Assembly: GCF_963921235.1 (NCBI RefSeq)
Contig: NC_086097.1
Span: 95,606,001-95,670,000 of the forward strand
DNA: 64,000 bases
Reading direction: 5' to 3'
DNA from: Mobula hypostoma
Taxonomy: Eukaryota
Part shown: positions 26,936 through 40,879 of the stretch, piece by piece
Layout: the number at the start of each line of letters is the position of its first letter
Position numbering within the stretch: the stretch's first letter is position 1
Position numbers and translations under genes: made by a program
The notes under the pieces: generated by a model
Told to the model about the DNA's origin: nothing
The model's input: the letters and a program-made list of their open reading frames with translations, nothing else
The model's database searches: none

Positions 26936-28009
26936 GGAAGCACTTAGCAGAAGCAGAAGTGGAAAGTACCACAGCTCATATCGGAACGGGGAATGGTGTG
27001 GAGCTTCAATGGAGCATCCCTGCAGCTTCTTAGAGGGCAGAGGAGAAGCGGGGACATGAAAGGGAGCCTCTAAAATAACACGGGCACACTACAACGTGCA
27101 TTTTAACTCCCAGTCTATCAGGAAGAGGGTAACCAAAGATATTAAATACTCTACAGTCACCTAATGTTGTGAGGCTGTCAAAGTATTTTAATTTGAAGAC
27201 AAGGGCTGAACGGAGACCAGAGCCAATATTCAGACATTTCTCTCTCTTTTTTCTCACACATGCACATACAGAATCTTATATGTGCCCATTTATGTCAGTG
27301 CAAATATATCATAAGTATTTTATGAGGATGGATGTACTTGCATGTGTGTACACGAACGTGATAAACATTACCCATATATTCGCAATGGCTACATTTACAC
27401 TGCCATGCAATGCTGCCTTAGGAATGCAGCCAGCTCTTCAGTCAATAAAACAAGGCACTGCACGAGACTTGGCAGCAAGGAAATATACTCCCCAGATTCT
27501 GAGCACAGCCACTGACGACAGGATGACATTGCTTCCATTGTTTAGCTGACAGCTGGCACAAAGTGCTTATGTTATCACTGGTACAGTTTGTATCGCAGAG
27601 AAACAGAGTCCTTTAACTTTGCATAACTTGCCTTATCAAATACAAACCCATTTAAAAATCCATTGGCTCACATATGGAGATTACATCGGTACAAATGTTG
27701 ATCATTTGCAGCATAAAAAATCCTAATAAATAACTTACTTCCATTCAGAGGCGTTTTATGTGTCTTATTATTTAGTCTTTGTTGTGTCGTTGTTGCTCTG
27801 ATTTCTCTTTAGTGTGAACTACCAGCAGCCCTGCAGTCTAGATAAGTTTGTTGCACTATATTCTGCTGGTGGGAAGGAGGAAGAAGATCAAACTTGGAAG
27901 CAAATTTCAAGAAATGTGAAAAAAGATTTGGCCTCATTATCATCTGATCATTTGGTGGGGTTCCTCAGCTTTTCACCTGATCCCACTCCCATCGCCACGC
28001 CAGGACCAG

Positions 28010-28315
28010 CAGACTCCAAAAGAGCAACTTTCCCCAAGCAGTAAGCTGACCAACACCTCCACCCACTAACCCACCACCACCACTTCATCATTTCCCGTCG
28101 GAGACACCTTATGGACAGTGCCTAGTACCACTTCATGGACATACAATCGATCTACGCATAGAAGCTGTCTTATGTGGTTATATTTATTGTGATTTTTATT
28201 ATTGTGGTCTTTATCTGATTGTGTTTTCTTTTGTGCTGCATCAGATTTGGAGTTACAATTATTTTGTTCTTCTTTACACTTGTGTACTGGAAATGTCATT
28301 AAACAATCCTGAACC
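28010..28315 (+). mobile_element. Rex1-like LINE 3' tail
   Basis: agcaactttccccaagcagtaag...tgtactggaaatgtcattaaacaatcctgaa. Confidence 0.55.
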
Positions 28316-28319
28316 GTTA

Positions 28320-28650
28320 AAGATTAACAATAAACTTTGTCTCTATGCTGTACATCGAAATATCGAAACATACAATGAAGTACGTCATTTGTGTCAACAC
28401 CCAACACAGTCCAATTTGTACTGGGGTAACCTGCAGTTGTCGCCATGCACCGGTGCCAACTTGGCATAGCCACAACTTCCTCACCCTAACTCGCGCATCT
28501 TGGAATGTGGGAGGAAGCCGGAGCACTGGGGGGAAATCCACGTGGACATGGGGAGACAGTACAGACTCCTTCCAGACAGCGATGGGGGTTGACTCCCAAT
28601 CGCCGATCCCTGCTGCAGTAATAGTGCACTGTTCCCCCGTACTGCCCACA
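28320..28650 (-). mobile_element. V-SINE
   Basis: ttggaatgtgggaggaagccggagcactggggggaaatccac core. Confidence 0.7.
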
Positions 28651-28749
28651 GTGTGTGTGGACTCCAAAATTGGCCAGATTGGCAGTTGCCATGCTACATT
28701 CTGGGTCTGCACCCTGCTCAACTCCAGGAACATTGCTGATAACTGTGGA

Positions 28750-29520
28750 GACACAAGAGTTTGCTGATACTGTAAGATGGAGCAAAGAATGAAATGCTGG
28801 AGGAACTCGAGCTGTTGAGCAGCATCAGGTCAAGACCCTGCATCAAGACCAACTGGAGAGGGAAAGCAGCCAGTACTATGAGAAGAAGCAGAGGCTGAGG
28901 TAGGGACCAATGAGTGATGGGTGGACTGAGGAGGCACGAGAGGTGTGGGAACTCGAAATGAGGGAACACAACGTGTCTCATCATGACAATCTGCCACGTA
29001 ATCATTTGAACACTGGATTTTCCAATTTCAGTTCACTGTTGCACCCCTAGTGTTCCTCTCTCTCCTTCCAAACCGTGCCAGTCTTCCCATTGTTGTTCCC
29101 TTCTCCAGACCCTCACCCCATCCTGGTTCCATTCACGCCATGCTCTTCACCCACCGGATATCTCCCCCTTCATGTTCCACCTGGTCACCTCTCCCTTGAA
29201 TGGCCCCCATTATTACCTTCTTGCCTTATCCAGATTCTGTCTCTCGTAGCCTTCGCAGACCCGCTCACCCGACTGCCTCCCCGACCCCACCTGGCTTGCT
29301 GATAACTATTCTGCACGTGCGTCACAGTCAGGTCTCAAGTACAATGCTGCAGATGTGAGAAACCTGAGGTAAAAAGTGAAGCATTGTGGGGATACTCAGC
29401 AGGCCAGGGAGGATTCACGTGGAGCGAACATGATCAGGAGAGGTGATTGAACTGAATTCCTCCTTGCTTCACAGTTGCTACCCGACCTGCTGAGAAATCC
29501 CAGAATCTTCTGTTTTTATT
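28750..29520. mobile_element. Penelope-derived terminal repeat fragments
   Basis: aaatgctggaggaactc...gcagcatc and gacctgctgag...ccagaatcttctgtttt motifs shared with the end of the element at 7020. Confidence 0.5.
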
Positions 29521-30611
29521 GCAGTCAGGCCTGATGGTGTCCCCATCCCAGCATCAATCTACTCATTTTCTGGCAGGTCTTTCTATAGTCGTTTAGGGGC
29601 AAGGATTCTCAGTGGTTTTGTCTTTATTAATTCAGGATACAGAGGTAATCACTCTTGTCTGTCAGCACAATCAGATTCATGACCTTTCCATCTACTATAC
29701 ACCAAATTGCATCCAATTACAGACTGGCTGTGTTTGCTGAACTGTGATATTTGCAACCTCCTAATTTGTTCCTGAAGGCAGCCGGAGAGTAAGGTTTCAG
29801 CTAAGTGGGATGGTGTACTGTGGAAATACCATCTGCTTTATTCATGAATAATTCATCGTTCCTAAATGAAGCAGTAGAATGAAGAATAAACCACCTGAAA
29901 TTAATTTTGTGGCTGTAATTTGGACTGGGGGTGGGGGCAGGTTCCCTGCTCTGAAATTATCGAATGTAGAAAGAGTGAAGAATTTTTTCTCTTCCCTGCC
30001 TGGGGCACTGATGTTCCCTGACTTCAACACAGACTGAGTTCTGAAACTGCTGTGCCTCAGATAGTAGCGTTAACCGTTCAGCTGTCTGGGAGTATTGTGA
30101 TCTTTCAAATCAGAATGGTGGAAAGTTTACAACCCAGAACGTTATCTAAGCTGTCATTTCTGTGCTTTTCTAAACGGCTCTCTGGCCTAATCCCAACTTC
30201 CACCACTAATTCTGTGGCCATGCAGGATGGTGATTCTTCAAGAACCTTTCCTAGCAGTTCCCAAGTGTGAGCAGAGTTCCTGCCATTACTGCCCCTTCAA
30301 GTGATGACTTTCAGTCTCCTGTCACCATTTTCTGTGAAGCCTGTTTCTTTATTCAACTCTACTCCTTTACCCAGTTATATTAAATCTACAGCATGTGCTG
30401 CCTTTTCCAATAACTCCATACCGTGTAGAGTGGACTATTCACTCCATCAAGTCAATGATAGGGCTCAGAGAAATTCCATACCCTCATTAATTTTCCTTGT
30501 GATTCTCCTCACAATTCTATTAATTCCCCCTTCTGCAGGTCCTACCCCACACCTACCATCTAGGGACAATTTACATTCCACAATTAACCCAGCAATCCAT
30601 ACATCTTTGGG

Positions 30612-31560
30612 ACCATAGGACCATAAGATATAGGAGCAGAATTAGGCCATTCCATCATGGCTGATGCCGGATCCCACTCAACCCCATACACCTGCCTTTG
30701 ATGCCCTGACCGATCAGGAAATGATCAACTTCTGCTTTAAATAAACGCACAGACTTGGCCTCCACTGTAGTCTGTGCCAGAGCATTCCACAGATTTACTA
30801 CTCTCTGGTTAAAGAAATTTCTCCTTACTTCTGTTCAAAAGCATTGCCCCTCAAATTTGTGGCTGTGCCCTCTAGTTCTGGATACCCTCACCAAAGGAAA
30901 CATCCTCTCCACATCCACCCTATCTAGGGCTTTCAACATGCAGTAGGTTTCAATGAGATACTCCTAATTTCTTCTAAATTCCAGTGAGTACAGGCCCAAA
31001 GCTGCCAAATGTTCCTCATATGTTAACCACTTCATTCCCAGAATCGTCCTTGTGAATCTCCTCTGGACTCTCTCCACTGACAACACATCCTTTCTGAGAT
31101 ATGGGGCCCAAAACTGTTGACAATACTCCAAGTGCGGCCTGACTAGCGTCTTATAAAGCTTCATCATTATCTCCTTGCTTTAATATTCTATTCCCCTTGA
31201 AATAAATGCCAACACTGTATTTGCCTTCTTTACCACAGACTCAACCTGTAAATTAATGTTTTGGGAGTCTTGCACAAGGATTCCCAAGTCCCTCTGCACC
31301 TCTGATGTTTGACACTTCTACCCTTTTAGATAATAGTCCACACCATTGTTTCTTTTACCAAAATGTATCATCATACATTTCCCAACACTGTATTCCATCT
31401 GCCATTTTTTGCCCATTCTTCCAATTTGTCTAAGTCCTGCTGCAATCGCATTGCTTCCTCAGCACTACCTACCCCTCCACCTATCTTTGTAACATCCGCA
31501 AACTTTGCCACAAAGCCATCAATTCCATTAGCTAAATCATTGACAAACAATGTGAAAAGC
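30612..31560 (-). mobile_element. 5'-truncated CR1 inserted into a V-SINE (halves at ~30540-30611 and 31561-31690)
   Basis: LYKTLVRPHLEYCQQFWAPYLRKD; accataggaccataagat tail; SINE core continues on both sides. Confidence 0.88.
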
Positions 31561-32329
31561 AGAACACCTGATAAAAACTCATGAGATCACAAGGGGAATA
31601 TGCAATATTGACATGGACACTGCCCAAGTTCAGGATTAAATCCAGGTTGCTCAATCTGTGAGGCAGCAGATCTACTGGCTACAGCACATTCCTAAAGGAA
31701 TTGCCCCTCTGCTAAAGAAAATAGATTATTCTTTTTTGTTTAGGTCTCTAATCCTGAGAGAAGGAACATTGACTGAACAGTCAACAAGCTGCTGGAGAAA
31801 GTCAATGGGTCAGATAGCATCTGGGAGGTAAATGAATAGTTCATGTTTCAAGCTGAGATCCTATGTCAGCTCATTCCTCCGTCTTACTTTGTTCCCATTT
31901 CCAGCTTCTGCATGTCATGTACCTCCACTGAATGAGCAATCTTTGTCTTTGAAAATGAGGAATTTCGGATCAAGACAATGCTTAATTTGAATATTTCTCC
32001 CTACAGGAGAGTTTAAGCAATGTTAAGGGGGTTGTGCTGTTAGAGCACAGTGAATTTTGACTCTATGTAGAAAGCCATTGATTGTGGGCTGACAACCCAT
32101 GTGCAGGTCAGAGTGCATACAACAGATACAATGAACATCAACTGAGACAGAAAGGGCCTTGAAAACACCAAACTGCTTTTAAAGACTTCCACTTGAAGGC
32201 CTGTGTGTAGGTGGAGTGTGTGGCAGGTATCTGGCTGACTGGAGAGGCCCACCAACAAATTACTGCCAGAAGCAAGTGTGAATTTCCTCTGGCCCGTGTC
32301 TGACGGAAAGTGACACAAGGCCAAGATTT

Positions 32330-34460
32330 AGAAAAAAGTTGGATTAGTGTTTTCAGAGAAAAAAAGAGTAGGAAAAAAATTAATAGTAAAAACAAGATTG
32401 AGTGTATGAAAGGGTGTTGTCGTCGTGGCTATCCCTCAAGGTCGAGGATGATGGTCTTCGTTCCGTACAGAGTGAAGATGCCTGTGCATGTGGTTGTTTA
32501 ACGTGTGCTTGATGTTACACTCCAAGAAGCACACGATACTTCACAAATCAACCAACTGATTCCAATGGGGAAAAAACCTGAAAAAGAACTAAAGAAGGGA
32601 ATTAGGAAAGGTAGGAGGGACCATGAAAAGTCCTTGGCAAGTAGGATTAAAGTGAATCCAAAGGCATTCTATACATATATCGAGTGAAAGGATAACTAGG
32701 GAAAGGGTGGAACCACTCAATGATAAAGGGGTGGGGGTGGTGAACATTTGTGTGGATGCAGAGAATGTGAGTGAGGTACTAAGTGACTACTTCACTTCAG
32801 TATTTACCAAAGAAAAGGATCAGTGCTGAATGTATAAATATGTTAGGGTGTTTAGAGGTCAAGGAGGTGGAAGTGTTGGGCCTCCTAATGAACATTAAGG
32901 TGGATAAGTCCCCAGGGCCTGATGGGATTTACCCCAGGTTACTGAAGGAGGCAAGAGACAAGATTGCTGGTCCCTTGACCAGTATCTGTGTCTCCTCTCC
33001 AGCCACAGGTGGGATCCTGGAGGACTGTCCACTGGCTAATGTTGTAACTCTGTTTAAGAAGGGAACATGTGAAAATCCTGGGAAGTACAGACGGGTGAGT
33101 CTCACATCAGCTGTAGGGGAAATGCTGGAGAAAATTCTTAGAGAAAAGATATGTGAGCATCTGGAAACCCATGGGCTAATTAGGGAGAGTCAGCGTGGTT
33201 TTTTGCAGGGTAGGTCATGTCTTACCAGCTGGATTGAGTTTTTGACAAGGTGACGAGAGAGCTTGATGAGGGTAGGGCAGTGGATGTCGTCTACTTGGAT
33301 TTTAGTAAGACGTTTGACAAAGTCCCTCACGGGAGGCTAATCCAGAAGATTGAGATGCATGGGGTCCATGGCAAATTGGCTGTTTGGATTCAGAAATGGC
33401 TTGCAGATAGAAGAGAGAGGGTAGTGGTTGAAGGGACTTATTCGAGCTGGAGGTCTGTAATTAGTGGAGTTCCACAGGGATCTGTGCTGGGACCTCAGCT
33501 GTTTGTGATGTATATAAATGACCTGGATGAAAATGTAGATGGGTGGGTTAGTAAACTTGTGGGTGATCCTAATATTCGTAGAGTCGTAGATAATGTAGAA
33601 GACTGGCAAAGAATACAGTATGATATAGATCAATTGTGGATGTGAGCAGAGAAATGGCAGATGGAGTTTAACCCAGATAAATGTGAGGTGTTGCACCTTG
33701 GTTGGGCAAATGCAAGGAGACAGTACACTGTTGACAAGATCCTTAACAGTGTTGCTGAGCAGAGAGATCCTGGGATCCAAGTTCATAGCTCCTAGAAAGT
33801 GGCTGTGCAGGTCGATAAGGTGGTTAAGAAGGCTTATGGAATACTTGCTTTTATTAGTCAAGGCATTGAGTTCAAAAGTCAGGAATTATGTTGCAACTTT
33901 ATAAAACTCTGGTGAGGGCACACCTGGAGTATTGCATACAGTTCTGGTCACCCCACTATACGAAGGATGTTGAGGCTTTGGAGAGGGTGCCCAAGAGTTT
34001 ACCAGGATGCTTCCTGGTTTAGAGGGCATGTGCTATTACTGGAGGCTGGATAAACTTGGGCTGTTTTCTCTGGAGCACCAGAGCCTGAGGGGAGACCTGA
34101 TAGGGATTTATATGAGAGGCATAGATAGAGTGGACAGAGTATCTGTTTCACAGGATAGAAATGTCTAAAACTAGAGGGTATGAATTGAAGGGGTAGGTTC
34201 AAGGGGGATGTGAGGGGTAAGTTTTATACTCAGAGTGGTAGATGCCTGGAATGCACTGCCTGGTATGGAGGTAGAGGAAAATATATCGGAGGCCTTTAAG
34301 AGATGTTTGGATAGGCACATGGATGTAAGGAAGATGGAGGATATAGACATGGTGTGGATAGGAGGGATGAGTATTTGAGTATTTTTGACTTGCTTTTTAG
34401 CTAGTTTGGTACAACATTGTGGGCCAAATAGCCTGTTCCTGTGATGTACTGTTCTATGTT
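32330..34460 (+). mobile_element. CR1 LINE, RT region and 3' end, frameshifted; short insertion at ~32415-32570
   Basis: KSPGPDGIYPRLLKE, SQRGFLQGRSCLT, VYLDFSKTFDKVPH, SGVPQGSVLGP. Confidence 0.92.
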
Positions 34461-34461
34461 C

Positions 34462-35595
34462 TGTGTGTACTTGGATTTTCAGAAGGCCTTTGACAAGGTG
34501 CCGCACATGAAGCAGCTGAGCAAGAGTTCGTGGTATTACAGGAAAGACACTGATATGGATATAGCATTGGTTGATTGGTAGGAGGCAAAGAGTGGGAATA
34601 AAGTGAGCACTTTCTGATTGACTGCCTGGACTAGCAGTGCACCACAGGGGCCGGAATTGGGACCACTTCCTTTTAAGTTGTTTGTCAATGATTTGGATGA
34701 TGGAATTTATGGTTTTGTGGGCAGGTTTGCGAAAATACTAAGTGAGGTGGAGGTGCAGGTAGTGCTAAGGAAGCAGGGAGGCTGTAGAAAGACTTAGATA
34801 TATCGGAAGAATGGACAAAGAAGTGGCAAATGGAATACAATATCGGAAAGTATATGATCTTGCACTTTGGTAGAAGTAATAAAAGTGTAGGCTGTTTTCT
34901 AAATGGGGAGAAAATTAAGAAATCCGAGGTGCAAAGTGACCTGGGAGTCCTCATGCAGGATTCGCTAAGGTTAATTTGTTGGTTGAGTTGGTGGTTAGGA
35001 AGGCAAATGCAATGTTAGCATTCGTTTCGAGAGGGCTAGAATATAAAAGCAAGGATGTAATGCTACGGCTTTACAAGGCACTGTTGAGGCCTCACTTGGA
35101 GTATTGTGGGCAGTTTTGGGCCCCCAATTTATAAAAGGATGTGCTGACACTGGGGAGTGCTCAGAGGAGGTTCATGAGAATGATTCTGGGAATGAAAGGG
35201 TTAACACATGAGGAGCGTTTGATGGCACTGTACTCACTGGAATTTAGAAGAATGTGATGGGGGTGGAATCTCATTGAAACCTATTGAATGTTGAAAGGCC
35301 TAAACAGAGTGGATGTGGAGATGTTGTTTCCTATAATGGGGAGAGAGTCTAAAACCAGAGGGCATCGCTTCAGAATACAAGGACGTTGCTTTAGAGTGGA
35401 GACGAGGAGAAATTTCTTTAGTTAGAGAATGGTGAATCTGTGGAATTTGTTGCCACAGGTGGCTGTGGAGGCCAGGTCATTAAGGCGGAGGTTGATAGGT
35501 TCTTGATTAGTCAGGCCGTGAAAGGCTACAGGGACAAAGTAGGAAAATGGGGCAAAATGGATCAGCCATGATGAAATGGCAGAGCAGAACAACGG
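34462..35595 (+). mobile_element. Second CR1 fragment (different subfamily)
   Basis: VYLDFQKAFDKVPH; LYKALLRPHLEYCGQFW; CR1 3' tail. Confidence 0.85.
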
Positions 35596-36279
35596 GTTCT
35601 CAAAGTGGCAACCTCTCCCAGCAAGAAGGTGAAGGGAAGCTGGAGTCAGAAGAACCACTGCAAGTCTCCCACCCTCCTGGCTTGGAAGTACTGTCTGTTT
35701 CTTCGTCATCACTGGCTTCAAATCTCGGAACACCCTTCCCACCAGTGCTGTGGGTGTGCCTTCACCAGTGGTTCAGGGCGGCTCACCATCCCCTCTTCAG
35801 GAGCACTGAGAGACGGGAGAAAGGGCTGGCCTTTCTTGCGGTGCCCAGATCCTGAAGAGTGAAAAAATAAGCGGAATGCCCTTACTGTTGCAAGATCAGG
35901 ATGCACTTCTCTTAACCTTAACAATTTATTTTGCTTTTCAGCAGGAACCAATGCCAAACAGAGAGAGGATAATTGGCAATAAGATTACTTTTCACTTCCA
36001 CCCTGAAGCAAATCTGAATTAAACACAGAACATGCCACAGAGGAACAGAGAACAGGGTAGGTGCATGACAGGGAGAACCAGACGGATGTACAACACGAAG
36101 AGTGGAGCAGCCGACTGCTAAAGAACAAAAGATATGTCGGGGAGGTGTAAGTAGAGACGACAAAATCTGTTGTTACCACTGAGAGAAAGGAAGCTGACTG
36201 CTGAAAACGTGCAATGCTGGTCTGCTATTTCTGACTGAATGGAAAAGCTCAGGTGGACGAGAGCATCTGCAGAGGAAAA

Positions 36280-37430
36280 GGGACAGGAGACAATGTGAAT
36301 CAGAATCCTTCATCCTGATTACAACTACTGTTTTTTCTCCCCCAGAGATGCAGAGGTCCTCTAGCAGCTCAATTTTTGCTCTGGATTTTTGCATCTAGTC
36401 CCCTGAATGAATTCATTGGTGAGTCCTGTTTTCTGGAACTTGAAAAGATGCCAATGCAGAGATGTCAGACTGGGAGTGCGGGTAGAAAACCACATAACCA
36501 GAAGCTCAGGGTTACCCTCGCAGACTGACTGGAGGTATTCTCCAAGGCAATCGTCCAACCTGTGTTTGGCTTTTTTTGAGTATAGGCGAGACCTTATTGC
36601 GAGTGCAGCGCGTCCAGCTGGGAGATGGGGAGGAAGTTGCTGCTCACCTGGAGGGAGTAGTTGGGTTCCATGGATGGTGGGAAAAGAAGAGGTAAAAGGA
36701 CAGGTGCCGTATCCTCTGTGGCTTCATGGGAACAAGGGCAGACCTTCTTCCCATGAACCACCAACCAATTGTTGGAACACGGAAGAGTGGACCAGAGCAA
36801 AATGGTCCCTTTGAAATGCCAAAAGGTTGTGAGGATGGGCAGGTGTCCTTGCTGGTGCATTCTGCGAAGGATGTAGGGTTAAGGACAACCAAGGGGCGGG
36901 TGGGAGGAGAAGTGTGGACAGTGAGGACACCCTATCCTTGTTCTGAAAGGAGAGGAAGAGAGAGCATAAGTGCAAGTAATTAAATAGATGGAAGGTTGAG
37001 AACCCTGTCAACCGTGAAATAGAGTTGGGAAAACCAAATGAAGATCAGATAATCCTTTTAAAAACACCTCCATGGAGGTAAATCCAAAATTTAATTTGCT
37101 TCTCCATTTCATTCTCCAACCCACTCACATAAAATCTTCAAGGAACAGCTCCTTATCCCTAACTGGGCATGTTGGCCTCCGGATTTCAGATACTCAGCTT
37201 TTCTAGCAGATATCCAACATCATTTTCTCCCCTACCATGTCAATTCAGATTTCATTTTTATACTCCCCGGACGCTCCTTTTATTGTTCACTAGTCTTTAG
37301 TGTCCTCTCTCAGCAGCTACCACCACTATCATTGAATCTTTTCTGCTTTCTGCACCATTGCATTTCTTTGCAACTTAAAACTTTGTCTTCAATGTTCCCC
37401 AGTTTTATTGAATGGTCTTCAACTTTTCAT
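36280..37430 (-). mobile_element. Degraded Penelope-like element
   Basis: DCLGEYLQSVCEGNPELLV and QNKDRV segments resembling the 7020-9261 copy. Confidence 0.6.
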
Positions 37431-38479
37431 GATCAAGGTGGTTAATTAGTGTCCAAGTAACTCAGACACTAACTACCATCATTCAAATTGCAAAAGCTTC
37501 CTCGCATAAACCAAGTTATGGCCAATCACAGCAAGAGAAGTCTCCGAAACCAAGGTTGTTTGTTTTCAACAGAATCATCATCTTTATTCATAAACAGGAA
37601 ATGACTTGGCCTTCATTTTCAGTTCAAACTAATATCCTCTTTAAAAACCATTTTAAATGGGACCTTTTATTTTAGAACACCACCGTCAAAGGGTAAAGAC
37701 AGTTAGCTGGTCATGGGACATCGTGACCTAGGGCTGAGGCTGTTTGTTCCAGTTAATTTTCTTCTTGGACAGTTGGAGAGGTAATTGAGATGAAAATTAT
37801 TGGGGTCCTTCAGCAAACAGGGTGCTGATGTTAGACAGCAACAGCATAGAAGAAAGAGGGAATTGAACTCATCAACTCCCACCTCCTGACTGGCTCCAGT
37901 CCACCATTCAGATTTTGCAGGCACATGCCAGAAGTTACGCAGAACAACTAGAGTCTAATCCAGCAGGCATCAGTCAAAGCAAACTGAAAAAGATTAAGGA
38001 AGAGGCAGATGCGAGTGAAAAAGGAGAAACTATCCACTGGAAGGTAGAGAGGCAGACTCTCCAATCCACCATCTCCATACCACCCACTGTACTGATACTC
38101 ATCCCATTTACCTTCAGTAGGTCCACAGGTAGGTCAATGGTTTCAGTCAATTAGCAAAAGAAGCAAAAGGGAGTTTTATGGTGCTTGTAACCCATACTCC
38201 TTGGATAGGGTGCCAAATTTAGTTATAAATTCCAAAATTGGAATGGCTGATTTGTTGAACAATGTATGTCTGGAAGGCTGTGAGGAAAGAGCAAAATACA
38301 AAAATCTGGCAGAAGTATAATGGGCCAAATGGCCTCCTTTGGGGCTCCAAGGCACTCGGATTCAGAGAATGGCTAGAAAGGAGGCAGAGCTAAAATGGTA
38401 AGATGCAGGCCAGACCACAAGGAATGGAAGAAATTCAGAAGCAGTCTGATACAGAGAGCATCCATACTGCAGTGAAAGT

Positions 38480-38815
38480 CCAGGGAGCTGGTCAGACAGG
38501 GCATGGAGATAACATACAGCATTATGGCGTGCACAGGTTGTGGAGCTTCCGGAGAAAGTGGTCGAGGCAGGAACAGTAACAAAATTTAAGAGGGATTGTG
38601 ACAGGTTCTCAAAATGATCAGCACGTAGAGCAGGGGTTCCCAACGGTTTTTATGCTACATACCCCTATCATTAACTGAGGGGTCCATGGACTCCAGTTTG
38701 GGAATGGTGGGATATGGAATTAATGCAGGCCAGTGGAATCAGCATAGATTGGCACAATGGGCTGGCATAGATTTGGTGGGTCAAACAATCCGCTTCTATG
38801 CTATACAACTCTATT
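38480..38815 (+). mobile_element. CR1 3' fragment containing an hAT mini-MITE (38631-38705)
   Basis: CR1 tail; caggggttcccaac...ccatggactccagtttgggaa. Confidence 0.6.
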
Positions 38816-39274
38816 CCATCTTCCTTGCTAGTTTCAATTTTAGATTGAAGGTTTACTAGCGTTAATCTGAGGACATCTAATCTGTAGAGTACAGACACTG
38901 AACAAGGTGGACAACAGGTACAATTTTATTGTTTCATTTCTCATCCCCTCCCTATCAAACTTTGACTCCAGACCAATAGTATTTTTTTTGGTGAGAGGTG
39001 GGGAGGTTATATTTCTGAATTGCCTAAATCTCCTCAGAGTATTTCTGACATCTTCCATGCCCTGGACTGGAATCTAGACAATAACCAGCCAAGGTCCCAG
39101 CCCTCCATCGGTTTTCAGTCAGAAAGTGCACGTGTTTGTATGGCAAGTGAAGGTGTGAGTTCAGGTTTCCGATGGCTCCCCAACACTCTGTGTTCATTGG
39201 GCCATTTACATAAGACACATGCAATCATTTGACCCCTGAAAAAGATCCTTCTTGAAAGTTTGCACCTTCCAGAG

Positions 39275-39570
39275 AAGAGGACAGAAAAACAGAGTCATAC
39301 AAAGCAGAAATGGACCCTTCAACACACTGAATCAGCACCAACTATTAAGCACTCATTTACACCAATTCTATTTTATTCTCTCTGCATTCACATTAACTAC
39401 CCCCAGATTTTACCATTCACCAATGCATTAGGGGCAACTTAAGAGCGGTTAATTAACCTCCCAATCCATGTATCTTTGGGATGGGGAAGAAAATAAGGGC
39501 ACCTGGGGTCACAGGAAGAATATGCCAACTTGACACTGACAAGTCACTCAAGGTGTGAGGCAACTGCGCT
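39275..39570 (-). mobile_element. Degraded V-SINE
   Basis: tctttgggatggggaagaaaataagggcacctggggtcacaggaagaatatgccaact core. Confidence 0.55.
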
Positions 39571-40112
39571 ATTCACTGCTCAGTCTGCTGCCTAGTAGGC
39601 AAAAAGGAAATAGGACCTATCCTTTTGAAGAATTAGCGATCCGCACTGCTTATCTAGGAACTAAACAGCAACAGCGGCTGTATGGGGAAAGAGAAATCAA
39701 GTTAATATTTCTGGAGGACCCTTCATTGGATCTCAGCTGCAATTTCCTCCTGGGCTGATACGGGAAGGAAGGAAATGGGGAAGTAACTGGCTGTAAACAA
39801 TGCCCCAAAACTGTGAGGGTAGGTACTCATTCTCAGAAACTTAGGATAGTGCAGGCAAGATTCAGAGTCTGATATCCAAAGACTGCAAAACTGTGTCAGA
39901 GTCATTTAACTATAGTGTGGAGAGCACTCCAGAGATAGGGCTGCTCCACCTGGACCCAAGTCCTCACCTTTACTGGTCACAGCTGAGAATCAATTCTACT
40001 CCTCTCTCTTTAAACTTAAATTGCTTTCACAGTGAGTTTCTTCATCTTTATTTACCTCTATACCCAATATTTAAAAAGAAGCAGGTGAAATAATCGTTGT
40101 TTATTTCAAAGA

Positions 40113-40260
40113 TGACTGTGGAATCTTGCTGGCATAATTTGGCCACTTCGTTCCCCTACATTGTAAGTGATATGACCTCAAAAATTACTTCTTCACCTCA
40201 CTGACCCACAGGATGTCCCGTAGTTGTGAAAGTCTTTCTTATAAATGAAACGATTTCTTC
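40113..40260 (+). mobile_element. Deu-SINE 3' relic
   Basis: tgtggaatcttgctggcataatttggccacttcgttcccctacatt...gttgtgaaagtctttcttataaatgaaa resembles the recalled Deu-SINE 3' part. Confidence 0.5.
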
Positions 40261-40469
40261 TCCTACTGAGGTCCAGTGGTCAGCACAGTAAACAAAGGGG
40301 AGGGTGGATTACTAACAAACATCATTTGGCCTCTGTCGGCCAATCCAAATTCACGTTGTAAAGGTGAAGGCCATTTGAAATACTTTTTTAAATATAGAAA
40401 TAAACAAATAATGTTCCTCTTCCACTGGATAAAAGCATCGTGGTCAATATGAAGTATAGGGAGGTGACA

Positions 40470-40617
40470 TTAATCTTCAATGACAATGGGCTCATTGGTG
40501 ATGGTAGACTTTGGGCCTCTTGCATGGTCCAGGGCATGCTGCTCAATGAAGATCTGTGCTTGGGGCCGTCTCCCACTCTGCCTCCATTCAAAAGAAGTAA
40601 GTAACTTGCGGATCTTC
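40470..40617 (-). CDS. Probable last coding exon of an unidentified upstream gene (KIRKLLTSFEWRQSGRRPQAQIFIEQHALDHARGPKSTITNEPIVIED*)
   Basis: Strong acceptor with branch-like motif (cactaaat...ctgtgttttttgaattttgcag|G), 48 open codons to TAA in apparently non-repeat DNA, and AATAAA on the minus strand at 40100-40105. Confidence 0.6.
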
Positions 40618-40879
40618 CTGCAAAATTCAAAAAACACAGAGATTTAGTGTTTGTTTTCACAATGGACAGTGGTTCATTCAAGGAAATAAGCAGCATGCAT
40701 TTATGAAGCACCTTTGGTGACCTCAGGCCAGGCTGGACACACTCTTCTGCGACTTCACTGGGCGAAGTCAAAGTTGAGTTCATTGCCATGGACCACCCTT
40801 TGCTCTACCATCATGCTTTCTATGCCCACTTTAACCTCCAAAACTTGGAGGAACCATCATGAACTCCCACAGCCTCTGA

